The notes beneath the pieces are model-generated. The model saw only the letters and a program-made list of their open reading frames with translations, ran no database searches and was not told the origin of the DNA. A stretch of 64,000 nucleotides of DNA from positions 342,798,001 to 342,862,000 of the forward strand of contig OZ024742.1 in NCBI GenBank assembly GCA_964016885.1, in the 5' to 3' direction. The position numbers were made by a program, and so were the translations under genes. Source of the DNA: Eledone cirrhosa. Lineage: Eukaryota. Shown here one piece after another: positions 1 through 14,500 of this stretch (position 1 is its first letter; every line of letters begins with the position of its first letter).

Positions 1-3000
1 TAAGAAGTATGTCAGCTCCAGTGGTATGAAGTATGTGATCTCCTGTGGTATGAAGTATGTGATCTACAGTGGTATGAAGTATGTGATCTCCAGTGGTATG
101 AAGTATGTGATCTACAGTGGTATGAAGTATGTGATCTCCTGTGGTATGAAGTATGTGATCTCCAGTGGTATGAAGTATGTCAGCTCCAGTGGTATGAAGT
201 ATGTGATCTCCAGTGGTATGAAGTATGTGATATCCAGTGGTATGAAGTATGACAGCTCCAGTGGTATGAAGTATGTGATCTCCTGTGGTATGAAGTATGT
301 GATCTACAGTGGTATGAAGTATGTGATCTCCAGTGGTATGAAGTATGTGATCTACAGTGGTATGAAGTATGTAATCTCCAGTGGTATGAAGTATGTGATC
401 TCCAGTGGTATGAAGTATGTGATCTACAGTGGTATGAAGTATGTGATCTCCAGTGGTATGAAGTATGTCAGCTCCAGTGGTATGACGTATGTGATCTCCT
501 GTGGTATGAAGTATGTGATCTACAGTGGTATGAAGTATGTGATCTCCAGTGGTATGAAGTGTGTGATCTACAGTGGAATGAAGTATGTAATCTCCAGTGG
601 TATGAAGTATGTGATCTACAGTGGTATGAAGTATGTGATCTCCAGTGATATGAAGTATGTGATCTACAGTGGTATGAAGTATGTAATCTCCAGTGGTATG
701 AAGTATGTGATCTGCAGTGGTATGAAGTATGTGATCTCCAGTGGTATGAAGTATGTCAGCTCCAGTGGTATGAAGTATGTGATCTCCTGTGGTATGAAGT
801 ATGTTAGCTCCAGTGGTATGAAGTGTGTGATCTCCAGTGGTATGAAGTATGTCAGCTCCTCTGGTATGAAGTATGTGATCTCCAGTGGTATGAAGTATGT
901 GATCTCCTGTGGTATGAAGTATGTGATCCCCAGTGGTATGAAGTATGTGTCTCCAGTGGTATGAAGTATGTGATCTACAGTGGTATGAAGTATGTGATAT
1001 CCTGTGGTATGAAGTATGTGATCTACAGTGGTATGAAGTATGTGATCTCCAGTGGTATGAAGTATGTGATCTACAGTGGTATGAAGTATGTGATCTCCAG
1101 TGGTATGAAGTATGTGATAACCTGTGGTATGAAGTATGTGATATCCTGTGGTATGAAGTATGTGATCTACAGTGGTATGAAGTATGTGATCTCCAGTGGT
1201 ATGAAGTATGTGATAACCTGTGGTATGAAGTATGTGATATCCTGTGGTATGAAGTATGTGATCTACAGTGGTATGAAGTATGTGATCTCCAGTGGTATGA
1301 AGTATGTGATATCCTGTGGTATGAAGTATGTGATATCCAGTGGTATGAAGTATGTGATCTTCAGTGGTATGAAGTATGTGATCTACAGTGGTATGAAGTA
1401 TGTAATCTCCAGTGGTATGAAGTATGTGATCTACAGTGGTATGAAGTATGTTATCTACAGTGGTATGAAGTATGTGATCTACAGTGGTATGAAGTATGTG
1501 ATCTCCAGTGGTATGAAGTATGTAATCTACAGTGGTATGAAGTATGTGATCTCCAGTGGTATGAAGTATGTGATCTCCTGTGGTATGAAATATGTCAGCT
1601 CCAGTGGTATGAAGTATGTGATCTCCAGTGGTATGAAGTATGTGATCTCCAGTGGTATGAAATATGTGATCTACAGTGGTATGAAGTATGTGATCTCCAG
1701 TGGTATGAAGTATGTGATCTCCAGTGGTATGAAGTATGTGATCTCCAGTGGTATGAAGTATGTGATCTCCAGTGGTATGAAGTATGTGATATCCTGTGGT
1801 ATGAAGTATGTGATCTCCAGTGGTATGAAGTATGTCAGCTCCAGTGGTATGAAGTATGTTAGCTCCAGTGGTATGAAGTATGTGATCTACAGTGGTATGA
1901 AGTATGTCAGCTCCAGTGGTATGAAGTATGTGATCTCCAGTGGTATGAAGTATATGATCTCCTGTGGTATGAAGTATGTGATCTACAGTGGTATGAAGTA
2001 TGTGATCTACAGTGGTATGAAGTATGTCAGCTCCAGTGGTATGAAGTATGTGATCTACAGTGGTATGAAGTATGTGATATCCAGTGGTATGAAGTATGTC
2101 AGCTCCAGTGGTATGAAGTATGTGATCTCCAGTGGTATGAAGTATGTGATATCCAGTGGTATGAAGTATGTCAGCTCCAGTGGTATGAAGTATGTGATCT
2201 CCTGTGGTATGAAGTATGTGATCTACAGTGGTATGAAGTATGTGATCTCCAGTGGTATGAAGTATGTGATCTACAGTGGTATGAAGTATGTAATCTCCAG
2301 TGGTATGAAGTATGTGATCTCCAGTGGTATGAAGTATGTGATCTACAGTGGTATGAAGTATGTGATCTCCAGTGGTATGAAGTATGTCAGCTCCAGTGGT
2401 ATGAAGTATGTGATCTCCTGTGGTATGAAGTATGTGATCTACAGTGGTATGAAGTATGTGATCTCCAGTGGTATGAAGTATGTGATCTACAGTGGAATGA
2501 AGTATGTAATCTCCAGTGGTATGAAGTATGTGATCTACAGTGGTATGAAGTATGTGATCTCCAGTGGTATGAAGTATGTGATCTACAGTGGTATGAAGTA
2601 TGTAATCTCCAGTGGTATGAAGTATGTGATCTGCAGTGGTATGAAGTATGTGATCTCCAGTGGTATGAAGTATGTCAGCTCCAGTGGTATGAAGTATGTG
2701 ATCTCCTGTGGTATGAAGTATGTGATCTACAGTGGTATGAAGTATGTGATCTCCAGTGGTATGAAGTATGTGATATCCAGTGGTATGAAGTATGTGATCT
2801 ACAGTGGTAAGAAGTATGTCAGCTCCAGTGGTATGAAGTATGTGATCTCCTGTGGTATGAAGTATGTGATCTACAGTGGTATGAAGTATGTGATCTCCAG
2901 TGGTATGAAGTATGTGATCTACAGTGGTATGAAGTATGTGATCTCCTGTGGTATGAAGTATGTGATCTCCAGTGGTATGAAGTATGTCAGCTCCAGTGGT

Positions 3001-5581
3001 ATGAAGTATGTGATCTCCAGTGGTATGAAGTATGTGATATCCAGTGGTATGAAGTATGACAGCTCCAGTGGTATGAAGTATGTGATCTCCTGTGGTATGA
3101 AGTATGTGATCTACAGTGGTATGAAGTATGTGATCTCCAGTGGTATGAAGTATGTGATCTACAGTGGTATGAAGTATGTAATCTCCAGTGGTATGAAGTA
3201 TGTGATCTCCAGTGGTATGAAGTATGTGATCTACAGTGGTATGAAGTATGTGATCTCCAGTGGTATGAAGTATGTCAGCTCCAGTGGTATGACGTATGTG
3301 ATCTCCTGTGGTATGAAGTATGTGATCTACAGTGGTATGAAGTATGTGATCTCCAGTGGTATGAAGTGTGTGATCTACAGTGGAATGAAGTATGTAATCT
3401 CCAGTGGTATGAAGTATGTGATCTACAGTGGTATGAAGTATGTGATCTCCAGTGATATGAAGTATGTGATCTACAGTGGTATGAAGTATGTAATCTCCAG
3501 TGGTATGAAGTATGTGATCTGCAGTGGTATGAAGTATGTGATCTCCAGTGGTATGAAGTATGTCAGCTCCAGTGGTATGAAGTATGTGATCTCCTGTGGT
3601 ATGAAGTATGTTAGCTCCAGTGGTATGAAGTGTGTGATCTCCAGTGGTATGAAGTATGTCAGCTCCTCTGGTATGAAGTATGTGATCTCCAGTGGTATGA
3701 AGTATGTGATCTCCTGTGGTATGAAGTATGTGATCCCCAGTGGTATGAAGTATGTGTCTCCAGTGGTATGAAGTATGTGATCTACAGTGGTATGAAGTAT
3801 GTGATATCCTGTGGTATGAAGTATGTGATCTACAGTGGTATGAAGTATGTGATCTCCAGTGGTATGAAGTATGTGATCTACAGTGGTATGAAGTATGTGA
3901 TCTCCAGTGGTATGAAGTATGTGATAACCTGTGGTATGAAGTATGTGATATCCTGTGGTATGAAGTATGTGATCTACAGTGGTATGAAGTATGTGATCTC
4001 CAGTGGTATGAAGTATGTGATAACCTGTGGTATGAAGTATGTGATATCCTGTGGTATGAAGTATGTGATCTACAGTGGTATGAAGTATGTGATCTCCAGT
4101 GGTATGAAGTATGTGATATCCTGTGGTATGAAGTATGTGATATCCAGTGGTATGAAGTATGTGATCTTCAGTGGTATGAAGTATGTGATCTACAGTGGTA
4201 TGAAGTATGTAATCTCCAGTGGTATGAAGTATGTGATCTACAGTGGTATGAAGTATGTTATCTACAGTGGTATGAAGTATGTGATCTACAGTGGTATGAA
4301 GTATGTGATCTCCAGTGGTATGAAGTATGTAATCTACAGTGGTATGAAGTATGTGATCTCCAGTGGTATGAAGTATGTGATCTCCTGTGGTATGAAATAT
4401 GTCAGCTCCAGTGGTATGAAGTATGTGATCTCCAGTGGTATGAAGTATGTGATCTCCAGTGGTATGAAATATGTGATCTACAGTGGTATGAAGTATGTGA
4501 TCTCCAGTGGTATGAAGTATGTGATCTCCAGTGGTATGAAGTATGTGATCTCCAGTGGTATGAAGTATGTGATCTCCAGTGGTATGAAGTATGTGATATC
4601 CTGTGGTATGAAGTATGTGATCTCCAGTGGTATGAAGTATGTCAGCTCCAGTGGTATGAAGTATGTTAGCTCCAGTGGTATGAAGTATGTGATCTACAGT
4701 GGTATGAAGTATGTCAGCTCCAGTGGTATGAAGTATGTGATCTCCAGTGGTATGAAGTATATGATCTCCTGTGGTATGAAGTATGTGATCTACAGTGGTA
4801 TGAAGTATGTGATCTACAGTGGTATGAAGTATGTCAGCTCCAGTGGTATGAAGTATGTGATCTACAGTGGTATGAAGTATGTGATATCCAGTGGTATGAA
4901 GTATGTCAGCTCCAGTGGTATGAAGTATGTGATCTCCAGTGGTATGAAGTATGTGATATCCAGTGGTATGAAGTATGTCAGCTCCAGTGGTATGAAGTAT
5001 GTGATCTCCTGTGGTATGAAGTATGTGATCTACAGTGGTATGAAGTATGTGATCTCCAGTGGTATGAAGTATGTGATCTACAGTGGTATGAAGTATGTAA
5101 TCTCCAGTGGTATGAAGTATGTGATCTCCAGTGGTATGAAGTATGTGATCTACAGTGGTATGAAGTATGTGATCTCCAGTGGTATGAAGTATGTCAGCTC
5201 CAGTGGTATGAAGTATGTGATCTCCTGTGGTATGAAGTATGTGATCTACAGTGGTATGAAGTATGTGATCTCCAGTGGTATGAAGTATGTGATCTACAGT
5301 GGAATGAAGTATGTAATCTCCAGTGGTATGAAGTATGTGATCTACAGTGGTATGAAGTATGTGATCTCCAGTGGTATGAAGTATGTGATCTACAGTGGTA
5401 TGAAGTATGTAATCTCCAGTGGTATGAAGTATGTGATCTGCAGTGGTATGAAGTATGTGATCTCCAGTGGTATGAAGTATGTCAGCTCCAGTGGTATGAA
5501 GTATGTGATCTCCTGTGGTATGAAGTATGTGATCTACAGTGGTATGAAGTATGTGATCTCCAGTGGTATGAAGTATGTGAT
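1..5581. repeat. Tandem higher-order duplication with a 2,807-bp period (117 monomers minus 1 bp)
   Basis: The private variant TAAGAAG is at 1 and 2808. GACAGC, TGACGT, AGTGAT and the 1-bp-deletion monomer (950/3757) recur at +2807. ORFs 945 and 3752 have identical translations. The copies diverge at 2775 versus 5582. Confidence 0.95.
938..960 (+). other. 23-bp monomer (1-bp deletion, GTGATCTCC to GTGTCTCC); the same allele recurs at 3757, 5796, 8243, 10522, 18081 and 20648
   Basis: Seen directly at 950. Spacings 2807, 2039, 2447, 2279, 7559 and 2567 are all 24n-1. It is always preceded by the GATCCCCA monomer. Confidence 0.95.
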
Positions 5582-8500
5582 CTACAGTGGTATGAAGTAT
5601 GTGATCTACAATGGTATGAAGTATGTGATCTCCAGTGGTATGAAGTATGTTAGCTCCAGTGGTATGAAGTGTGTGATCTCCAGTGGTATGAAGTATGTCA
5701 GCTCCTCTGGTATGAAGTATGTGATCTCCAGTGGTATGAAGTATGTGATCTCCTGTGGTATGAAGTATGTGATCCCCAGTGGTATGAAGTATGTGTCTCC
5801 AGTGGTATGAAGTATGTGATCTACAGTGGTATGAAGTATGTGATATCCTGTGGTATGAAGTATGTGATCTGCAGTGGTATGAAGTATGTGATCTCCAGTG
5901 GTATGAAGTATGTGATCTACAGTGGTATGAAGTATGTGATCTCCAGTGGTATGAAGTATGTGATAACCTGTGGTATGAAGTATGTGATATCCTGTGGTAT
6001 GAAGTATGTGATCTACAGTGGTATGAAGTATGTGATCTCCAGTGGTATGAAGTATGTGATAACCTGTGGTATGAAGTATGTGATATCCTGTGGTATGAAG
6101 TATGTGATCTACAGTGGTGTGAAGTATGTGATCTCGAGTGGTATGAAGTATGTGATATCCTGTGGTATGAAGTATGTGATATCCAGTGGTATGAAGTAAG
6201 TGATCTTCAGTGGTATGAAGTATGTGATCTACAGTGGTATGAAGTACGTAATCTCCAGTGGTATGAAGTATGTGATCTACAGTGGTATGAAGTATGTGAT
6301 CTACAGTGGTATGAAGTATGTGATCTACAGTGGTATGAAGTATGTGATCTCCAGTGGTATGAAGTATGTAATATACAGTGGTATGAAGTATGTGATCTCC
6401 AGTGGTATGAAGTATGTGATCTCCTGTGGTATCAAATATGTCAGCTCCAGTGGTATGAAGTATGTGATCTCCAGTGGTATGAAGTATGTGATCTACAGTG
6501 GTATGAAGTATGTGATCTCCAGTGGTATGAAATATGTGATCTACAGTGGTATGAAGTATGTGATCTCCAGTGGTATGAAGTATGTGATCTCCAGTGGTAT
6601 GAAGTATGTGATCTCCAGTGGTATGAAGTATGTGATCTCCAGTGGAATGATGTATGTGATATCCTGTGGTATGAAGTATGTGATCTCCAGTGGTATGAAG
6701 TATGTCAGCTCCAGTGGTATGAAGTATGTGATCTCCAGTGGTATGAAATATGTGATCTACAGTGGTATGAAGTATGTTAGCTCCAGTGGTATGAAGTATG
6801 TGATCTACAGTGGTATGAAGTATGTCAGCTCCAGTGGTATGAAGTATGTGATCTCCAGTGGTATGAAGTATGTGATCTCCTGTGGTATGAAGTATGTGAT
6901 CTACAGTGGTATGAAGTATGTGATCTACAGTGGTATGAAGTATGTGATCTACAGTGGTATGAAGTATGTGATCTCCAGTGGTATGAAGTATGTGATCTCC
7001 AGTGATATGAAATATGTGATCTCCAGTGGTATGAAGTATGTGATCTCCAGTGGTATGAAGTATGTCATATCCTGTGGTATGAAGTATGTGATCTACAGTG
7101 GTATGAAGTATGTGATCTCCAGTGGTATGAAGTATGTGATATCCAGTGGTATGAAGTATGTGATCTACAGTGGTATGAAGTATGTCAGCTCCAGTGGTAT
7201 GAAGTATGTGATCTCCTGTGGTATGAAGTATGTGATCTAAAGTGGTATGAAGTATGTGATCTCCAGTGGTATGAAGTATGTGATCTACAGTGGTATGAAG
7301 TATGTGATCTCCTGTGGTATGAAGTATGTGATCTCCAGTGGTATGAAGTATGTCAGCTCCAGTGGTATGAAGTATGTGATCTCCAGTGGTATGAAGTATG
7401 TGATCTCCAGTGGTATGAAGTATGTCAGCTCCAGTGGTATGATGTATGTGATCTCCTGTGGTATGAAGTATGTGATCTACAGTGGTATGAAGTATGTGAT
7501 CTCCAGTGGTATGAAGTATGTGATCTACAGTGGTATGAAGTATGTAATCTCCAGTGGTATGAAGTATGTGATCTCCAGTGGTATGAAGTATGTGATCTAC
7601 AGTGGTATGAAGTGTGTGATCTCCAGTGGTATGAAGTATGTCGGCTCCAGTGGTATGAAGTATGTGATCTCCTGTGGTATGAAGTATGTGATCTACAGTG
7701 GTATGAAGTATGTGATCTCCAGTGGTATGAAGTATGTGATCTACAGTGGAATGAAGTATGTAATCTCCAGTGGTATGAAGTATGTGATCTACAGTGGTAT
7801 GAAGTATGTGATCTCCAGTGGTATGAAGTATGTGATCTACAGTGGTATGAAGTATGTAATCTCCAGTGGTATGAAGTATGTGATCTGCAGTGGTATGAAG
7901 TATGTGATCTCCAGTGGTATGAAGTATGTCAGCTCCAGTGGTATGAAGTATGTGATCTCCTGTGGTATGAAGTATGTGATCTACAGTGGTATGAAGTATG
8001 TGATCTCCAGTGGTATGAAGTATGTGATCTACAGTGGTATGAAGTATGTGATCTACAGTGGTATGAAGTATGTGATCTCCAGTGGTTTGAAGTATGTTAG
8101 CTCCAGTGGTATGAAGTGTGTGATCTCCAGTGGTATGAAGTATGTCAGCTCCTCTGGTATGAAGTATGTGATCTCCAGTGGTATGAAGTATGTGATCTCC
8201 TGTGGTATGAAGTATGTGATCCCCAGTGGTATGGAGTATGTGTCTCCAGTGGTATGAAGTATGTGATCTACAGTGGTATGAAGTATGTGATATCCTGTGG
8301 TATGAAGTATGTGATCTACAGTGGTATGAAGTATGTGATCTCCAGTGGTATGAAGTATGTGATCTACAGTGGTATGAAGTATGTGATCTCCAGTGGTATG
8401 AAGTATGTGATAACCTGTGGTATGAAGTATGTGATATCCTGTGGTATGAAGTATGTGATCTACAGTGGTATGAAGTATGTGATCTCCAGTGGTATGAAGT

Positions 8501-11500
8501 ATGTGATAACCTGTGGTATGAAGTATGTGATATCCTGTGGTATGAAGTATGTGATCTACAGTGGTATGAAGTATGTGATCTCCAGTGGTATGAAGTATGT
8601 GATATCCTGTGGTATGAAGTATGTGATATCCAGTGGTATGAAGTATGTGATCTTCAGTGGTATGAAGTATGTGATCTACAGTGGTATGAAGTATGTAATC
8701 TCCAGTGGTATGAAGTATATGATCTACAGTGGTATGAAGTATGTGATCTATAGTGGTATGAAGTATGTGATCTACAGTGGTATGAAGTATGTGATCTCCA
8801 GTGGTATGAAGTATGTAATTTACAGTGGTATGAAGTATGTGATCTCCTGTGGTATGAAATATGTCAGCTCCAGTGGTATGAAGTATGTGATCTCCAGTGG
8901 TATGAAGTATGTGATCTCCAGTGGTATGAAATATGTGATCTCCAGTGGTATGAAGTATGTGATTTCCTGTGGTATGAAATATGTCAGCTCCAGTGCTATG
9001 AAGTATGTGATCTCCAGTGGTATGAAGTATGTGATCTACAGTGGTATGAAGTATGTGATCTCCAGTGGTATGAAGTATGTGATCTCCAGTGGTATGAAGT
9101 ATGTGATCTCCAGTGGTATGAAGTATGTGATCTCCAGTGGTATGAAGTATGTGATATCCTGTGGTATGAAGTATGTGATCTCCAGTGGTATGAAATATGT
9201 GATCTACAGTGGTATGAAGTATGTGATCTCCAGTGGTATGAAGTATGTGATCTCCAGTGGTATGAAGTATGTGATCTCCAGTGGTATGAAGTATGTGATC
9301 TCCAGTGGTATGAAGTATGTGATATCCTGTGGTATGAAGTATGTGATCTCCAGTGGTATGAAGTATGTCAGCTCCAGTGGTATGAAGTATGTGATCTCCA
9401 GTGGTATGAAATATGTGATCTACAGTGGTATGAAGTATGTTAGCTCCAGTGGTATGAAGTATGTGATCTACAGTGGTATGAAGTATGTCAGCTCCAGTGG
9501 TATGAAGTATGTGATCTCCAGTGGTATGAAGTATGTGATCTCCTGTGGTATGAAGTATGTGATCTACAGTGGTATGAAGTATGTGATCTACAGTGGTATG
9601 AAGTATGTGATCTACAGTGGTATGAAGTATGTGATCTACAGTGGTATGAAGTATGTGATCTACAGTGGTATAAAATATGTGATCTCCAGTGGTATGAAGT
9701 ATGTCAGCTCCAGTGGTATGAAGTATGTGATCTACAGTGGTATGAAGTATGTGATCTCCAGTGGTATGAAGTATGTGATCTCCTGTGGTATGAAGTATGT
9801 GATCTCCAGTGGTATGAAGTATGTGATCTCCAGTGGTATGAAGTATGTGATCTACAGTGGTATGAAGTATGTGATCTCCAGTGGTATGAAGTATGTCAGC
9901 TCCAGTGGTATGAAGTAAGTGATCTCCTGTGGTATGAAGTATGTGATCTACAGTGGTATGAAGTATGTGATCTCCAGTGGTATGAAGTATGTGATCTACT
10001 GTGGAATGAAGTATGTGATCTACAGTGGTATGAAGTATGTGATCTACAGTGGTATGAAGTATGTGATCTCCAGTGGTATGAAGTATGTGATCTCCAGTGG
10101 TATGAAGTATGTGATCTCCAGTGGTATGAAGTATGTAATCTCCAGCGGTATGAAGTATGTGATCTGCAGTGGTATGAAGTATGTGATCTCCAGTGGTATG
10201 AAGTATGTCAGCTCCAGTGGTATGAAGTATGTGATCTCCTGTGGTATGAACTATGTGATCTACAGTGGTATGAAGTATGTGATCTCCAGTGGTATGAAGT
10301 ATGTGATCTACAGTGGTATGAAGTATGTGATCTACAGTGGTATGAAGTATGTGATCTCCAGTGGTATGAAGTATGTTAGCTCCAGTGGTATGAAGTGTGT
10401 GATCTCCAGTGGTATGAAGTATGTCAGCTCCTCTGGTATGAAGTATGTGATCTCCAGTGGTATGAAGTATGTGATCTCCTGTGGTATGAAGTATGTGATC
10501 CCCAGTGGTATGAAGTATGTGTCTCCAGTGGTATGAAGTATGTGATCTACAGTGGTATGAAGTATGTGATATCCTGTGGTATGAAGCATGTGATCTACAG
10601 TGGTATGAAGTATGTGATCTCCAGTGGTATGAAGTATGTGATCTACAGTGGTATGAAGTATGTGATCTCCAGTGGTATGAAGTATGTGATAACCTGTGGT
10701 ATGAAGTATGTGATATCCTGTGGTATGAAGTATGTGATCTACAGTGGTATGAAGTATGTGATCTCCAGTGGTATGAAGTATGTGATAACCTGTGGTATGA
10801 AGTATGTGATATCCTGTGGTATGAAGTATGTGATCTACAGTGGTATGAAGTATGTGATCTCCAGTGGTATGAAGTATGTGAGATCCTGTGGTATGAAGTA
10901 TGTGATATCCAGTGGTATGAAGTATGTGATATTCAGTGGTATGAAGTATGTGATCTACAGTGGTATGAAGTATGTAATCTCCAGTGGTATGAAGTATGTG
11001 ATCTACAGTGGTATGAAGTATGTGATCTACAGTGGTATGAAGTATGTGATCTACCGTGGTATGAAGTATGTGATCTCCAGTGGTATGAAGTATGTAATCT
11101 ACAGTGGTATGAAGTATGTGATCTCCAGTGGTATGAAGTATGTGATCTCCTGTGGTATGAAATATGTCAGCTCCAGTGGTATGAAGTATGTGATCTCCAG
11201 TGGTATGAAGTATGTGATCTCCAGTGGTATGAAATATGTGATCTACATTGGTATGAAGTATGTGATCTCCAGTGGTATGAAGTATGTGATCTCCAGTGGT
11301 ATGAAGTATGTGATCTCCAGTGGTATGAAGTATGTGATCTCCAGTGGTATGAAGTATGTGATATCCTGTGGTATGAAGTATGTGATCTCCAGTGGTATGA
11401 AGTATGTCAGCTCCAGTGGTATGAAGTATGTGATCTCCAGTGGTATGAAATATGTGATCTACAGTGGTATGTAGTATGTTAGCTCCAGTGGTATGAAGTA

Positions 11501-14500
11501 TGTGATCTACAGTGGTATGAAGTATGTCAGCTCCAGTGGTATGAAGTATGTGATCTGCAGTGGTATGAAGTATGTGATCTCCTGTGGTATGAAGTATGTG
11601 ATCTACAGTGGTATGAAGTATGTGGTCTACAGTGGTATGAAGTATGTGATCTACAGTGGTATGAAGTATGTGATCTACAGTGGTATGAATTATGTTATCT
11701 ACAGTGGTATGATGTATGTGATCTCCAGTGGTATGAAGTATGTCAGCTCCAGTGGTATGAAGTATGTGATCTACAGTGGTATGAAGTATGTGATCTCCAG
11801 TGGTATGAAGTATGTGATCTCCGGTGGTATGAAGTATGTGATCTCCAGTGGTATGAAGTATGTGATCTCCATTGGTATGAAGTATGTGATCTACAGTGGT
11901 ATGAAGTATGTCAGCTCCAGTGGTATGAAGTATGTGATCTACAGTGGTATGAAGTATGTGATCTACAGTGGTATGAAGTATGTGATCTACAGTGGTATGA
12001 AGTATGTCAGCTCCAGTGGTATGAAGTATATGATCTACAGTGGTATGAAGTATGCGATCTACAGTGGTATGAAGTATGTGATCTCCTGTGGTATGAAGTA
12101 TGTGATCTACAGTGGTATGAAGTATGTTAGCTCCTGTGGTATGAAGTATGTGATCTCCAGTGGTATGAAGTATGTGATCTAAAGTGGTATGAAGTATGTG
12201 ATCTACAGTGGTATGAAGTATGTGATATCCTGTGATATGAAGTATGTGATATCCTGTGGTATGAAGTATGTGATCTAAAGTGGTATGAAGTATGTGATCT
12301 ACAGTGGTATGAAGTATGTGATATCCTGTGATATGAAGTATGTGATATCCTGTGGTATGAAGTATGTGATATCCTGTGGTATGAAGTATGTGATCTCCAG
12401 TGGTATGAAGTATGTCAACTCCAGTGGTATGAAGTATGTGATCTCCAGTGGTATGAAGTATGTGATCTCCAGTAGTATGAAGTATGTCAGCTCCAGTGGT
12501 ATGAAGTATGTGATATCCTGTGGTATGAAGTATGTGATCTACAGTGGTATGAAGTATGTGATCTACAGTGGTATGAAGTATGTGATCTACAGTGGTATGA
12601 AGTATGTGGTCTCCAGTGGTATGAAGTATGTGATCTCCAGTGGTATGAAGTATGTGATCTACAGTGGTATGAAGTATGTGATCTCCAGTGGTATGAAGTA
12701 TGTGATCTCCAGTGGTATGAAGTATGTGATCTCCAGTGGTATGAAGTATGTGATCTACAGTGGTATGAAGTATGTGATCTCCAGTGGTATGAAGTATGTG
12801 ATATCCTGTGGTATGAAGTATGTGATCTATAGTGGTATGAAGTATGTGATCTCCAGTGGTATGAAGTATGTGATCTCCAGTGGTATGAAGTATGTGATCT
12901 CCAGTGGTATGAAGTATCTCAGCTCCAGTGGTATGAAGTATGTGATCTCCAGTGGTATAAAGTATGTGATCTCCAGTGGTATGAGGTATGTCAGCTCCAG
13001 TGGTATGAAGTATGTGATATCCTGTGGTATGAAGTATGTGATCTACAGTGGTATGAAGTATGTGATCTACAGTGGTATGAAGTATGTCAGCTCCAGTGGT
13101 ATGAAGTATGTGATCTCCAGTGGTATGAAGTATGTGATCTCCAGTGGTATGAAGTATGTCAGCTCCAGTGGTATGAAGTATGTGATCTCCAGTGGTATTA
13201 AGTATGTGATCTCCAGTGGTATGAAGTATGTCAGCTCCTGTGGTATGAAGTATGTGATCTCCAGTGGTATGAAGTATGTCAGCTCCAGTGGTATGAAGTA
13301 TGTGATCTCCAGTGGTATGAAGTATGTGATCTGCTGTGGTATGAAGTATGTGATCTCCAGTGGTATGAAGTATATGATCTACAGTGGTATGAAGTATGTG
13401 ATATCCTGTGGTATGAAGTATGTGATCTACAGTGGTATGAAGTATGTGATCTCCAGTGGTATGAAGTATGTGATCTACAGGTGTATGAAGTCTGTGATCT
13501 CCAGTGGTATGAAGTATGTGATAACCTGTGGTATGAAGTATGTGATATCCTGTGGTATGAAGTATGTGATCTACAGTGGTATTAAGTATGTGATCTCCAG
13601 TGGTATGAAGTATGTGATAACCTGTGGTATGAAGAATGTGATATCCTGTGGTATGAAGTATGTGATCTACAGTGCTATGAAGTATGTGATCTCAAGTGGT
13701 ATGAAGTATGTGATATCCTGTGGTATGAAGTATGTGATATCCAGTGGTATGAAGTATGTGATCTCCAGTGGTATGAAGTATGTGATCTCCAGTGGTATGA
13801 AATATGTGATCTCCAGTGGTATGAAGTATGTGATATCCTGTGGTATGAAGTATGTCAGATCCAGTGATATGTAGTATGTGATCTCCAGTGGTATGAAATA
13901 TGTGATCTACAGTGGTATGAAGTATGTGATCTACAGTGGTATGAAGTATGTGATCTACAGTGGTATGAAGTATGTGATCTCCTGTGGTATGAAATATGTC
14001 AGCTCCAGTGGTATGAAGTATGTGATCTCCAGTGGTATGAAGTATGTGATCTCCAGTGCTATGAAGTATGTAATCTACAGTGGTATGAAGTATGTGATCT
14101 CCAGTGGTATGAAGTATGTGATCTCCTGTGGTATGAAATATGTCAGCTCCAGTGGTATGAAGTATGTGATCTCCAGTGGTATGAAGTATGTGATCTCCAG
14201 TGGTATGAAATATGTGATCTCCAGTGGTATGAAGTATGTGATCTCCAGTGGTATGAAGTATGTGATCTCCAGTGGTATGAAGTATGTGATCTCCAGTGGT
14301 ATGAAGTATGTGATATCCTGTGGTATGAAGTATGTGATCTCCAGTGGTATGAAGTATGTCAGCTCCAGTGGTATGAAGTATGTGATCTCCAGTGGTATGA
14401 AATATGTGATCTACAGTGGTATGAAGTATGTTAGCTCCAGTGGTATGAAGTATGTGATCTACAGTGGTATGAAGTATGTCAGCTCCAGTGGTATGAAGTA

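Noticed and set aside
823-964. Overlapping ORF pairs at the -1 sites as programmed ribosomal frameshifting
   Set aside because: The overlaps are a geometric result of a 23-bp monomer joining two open frames. No slippery heptamer or stimulatory structure is present.
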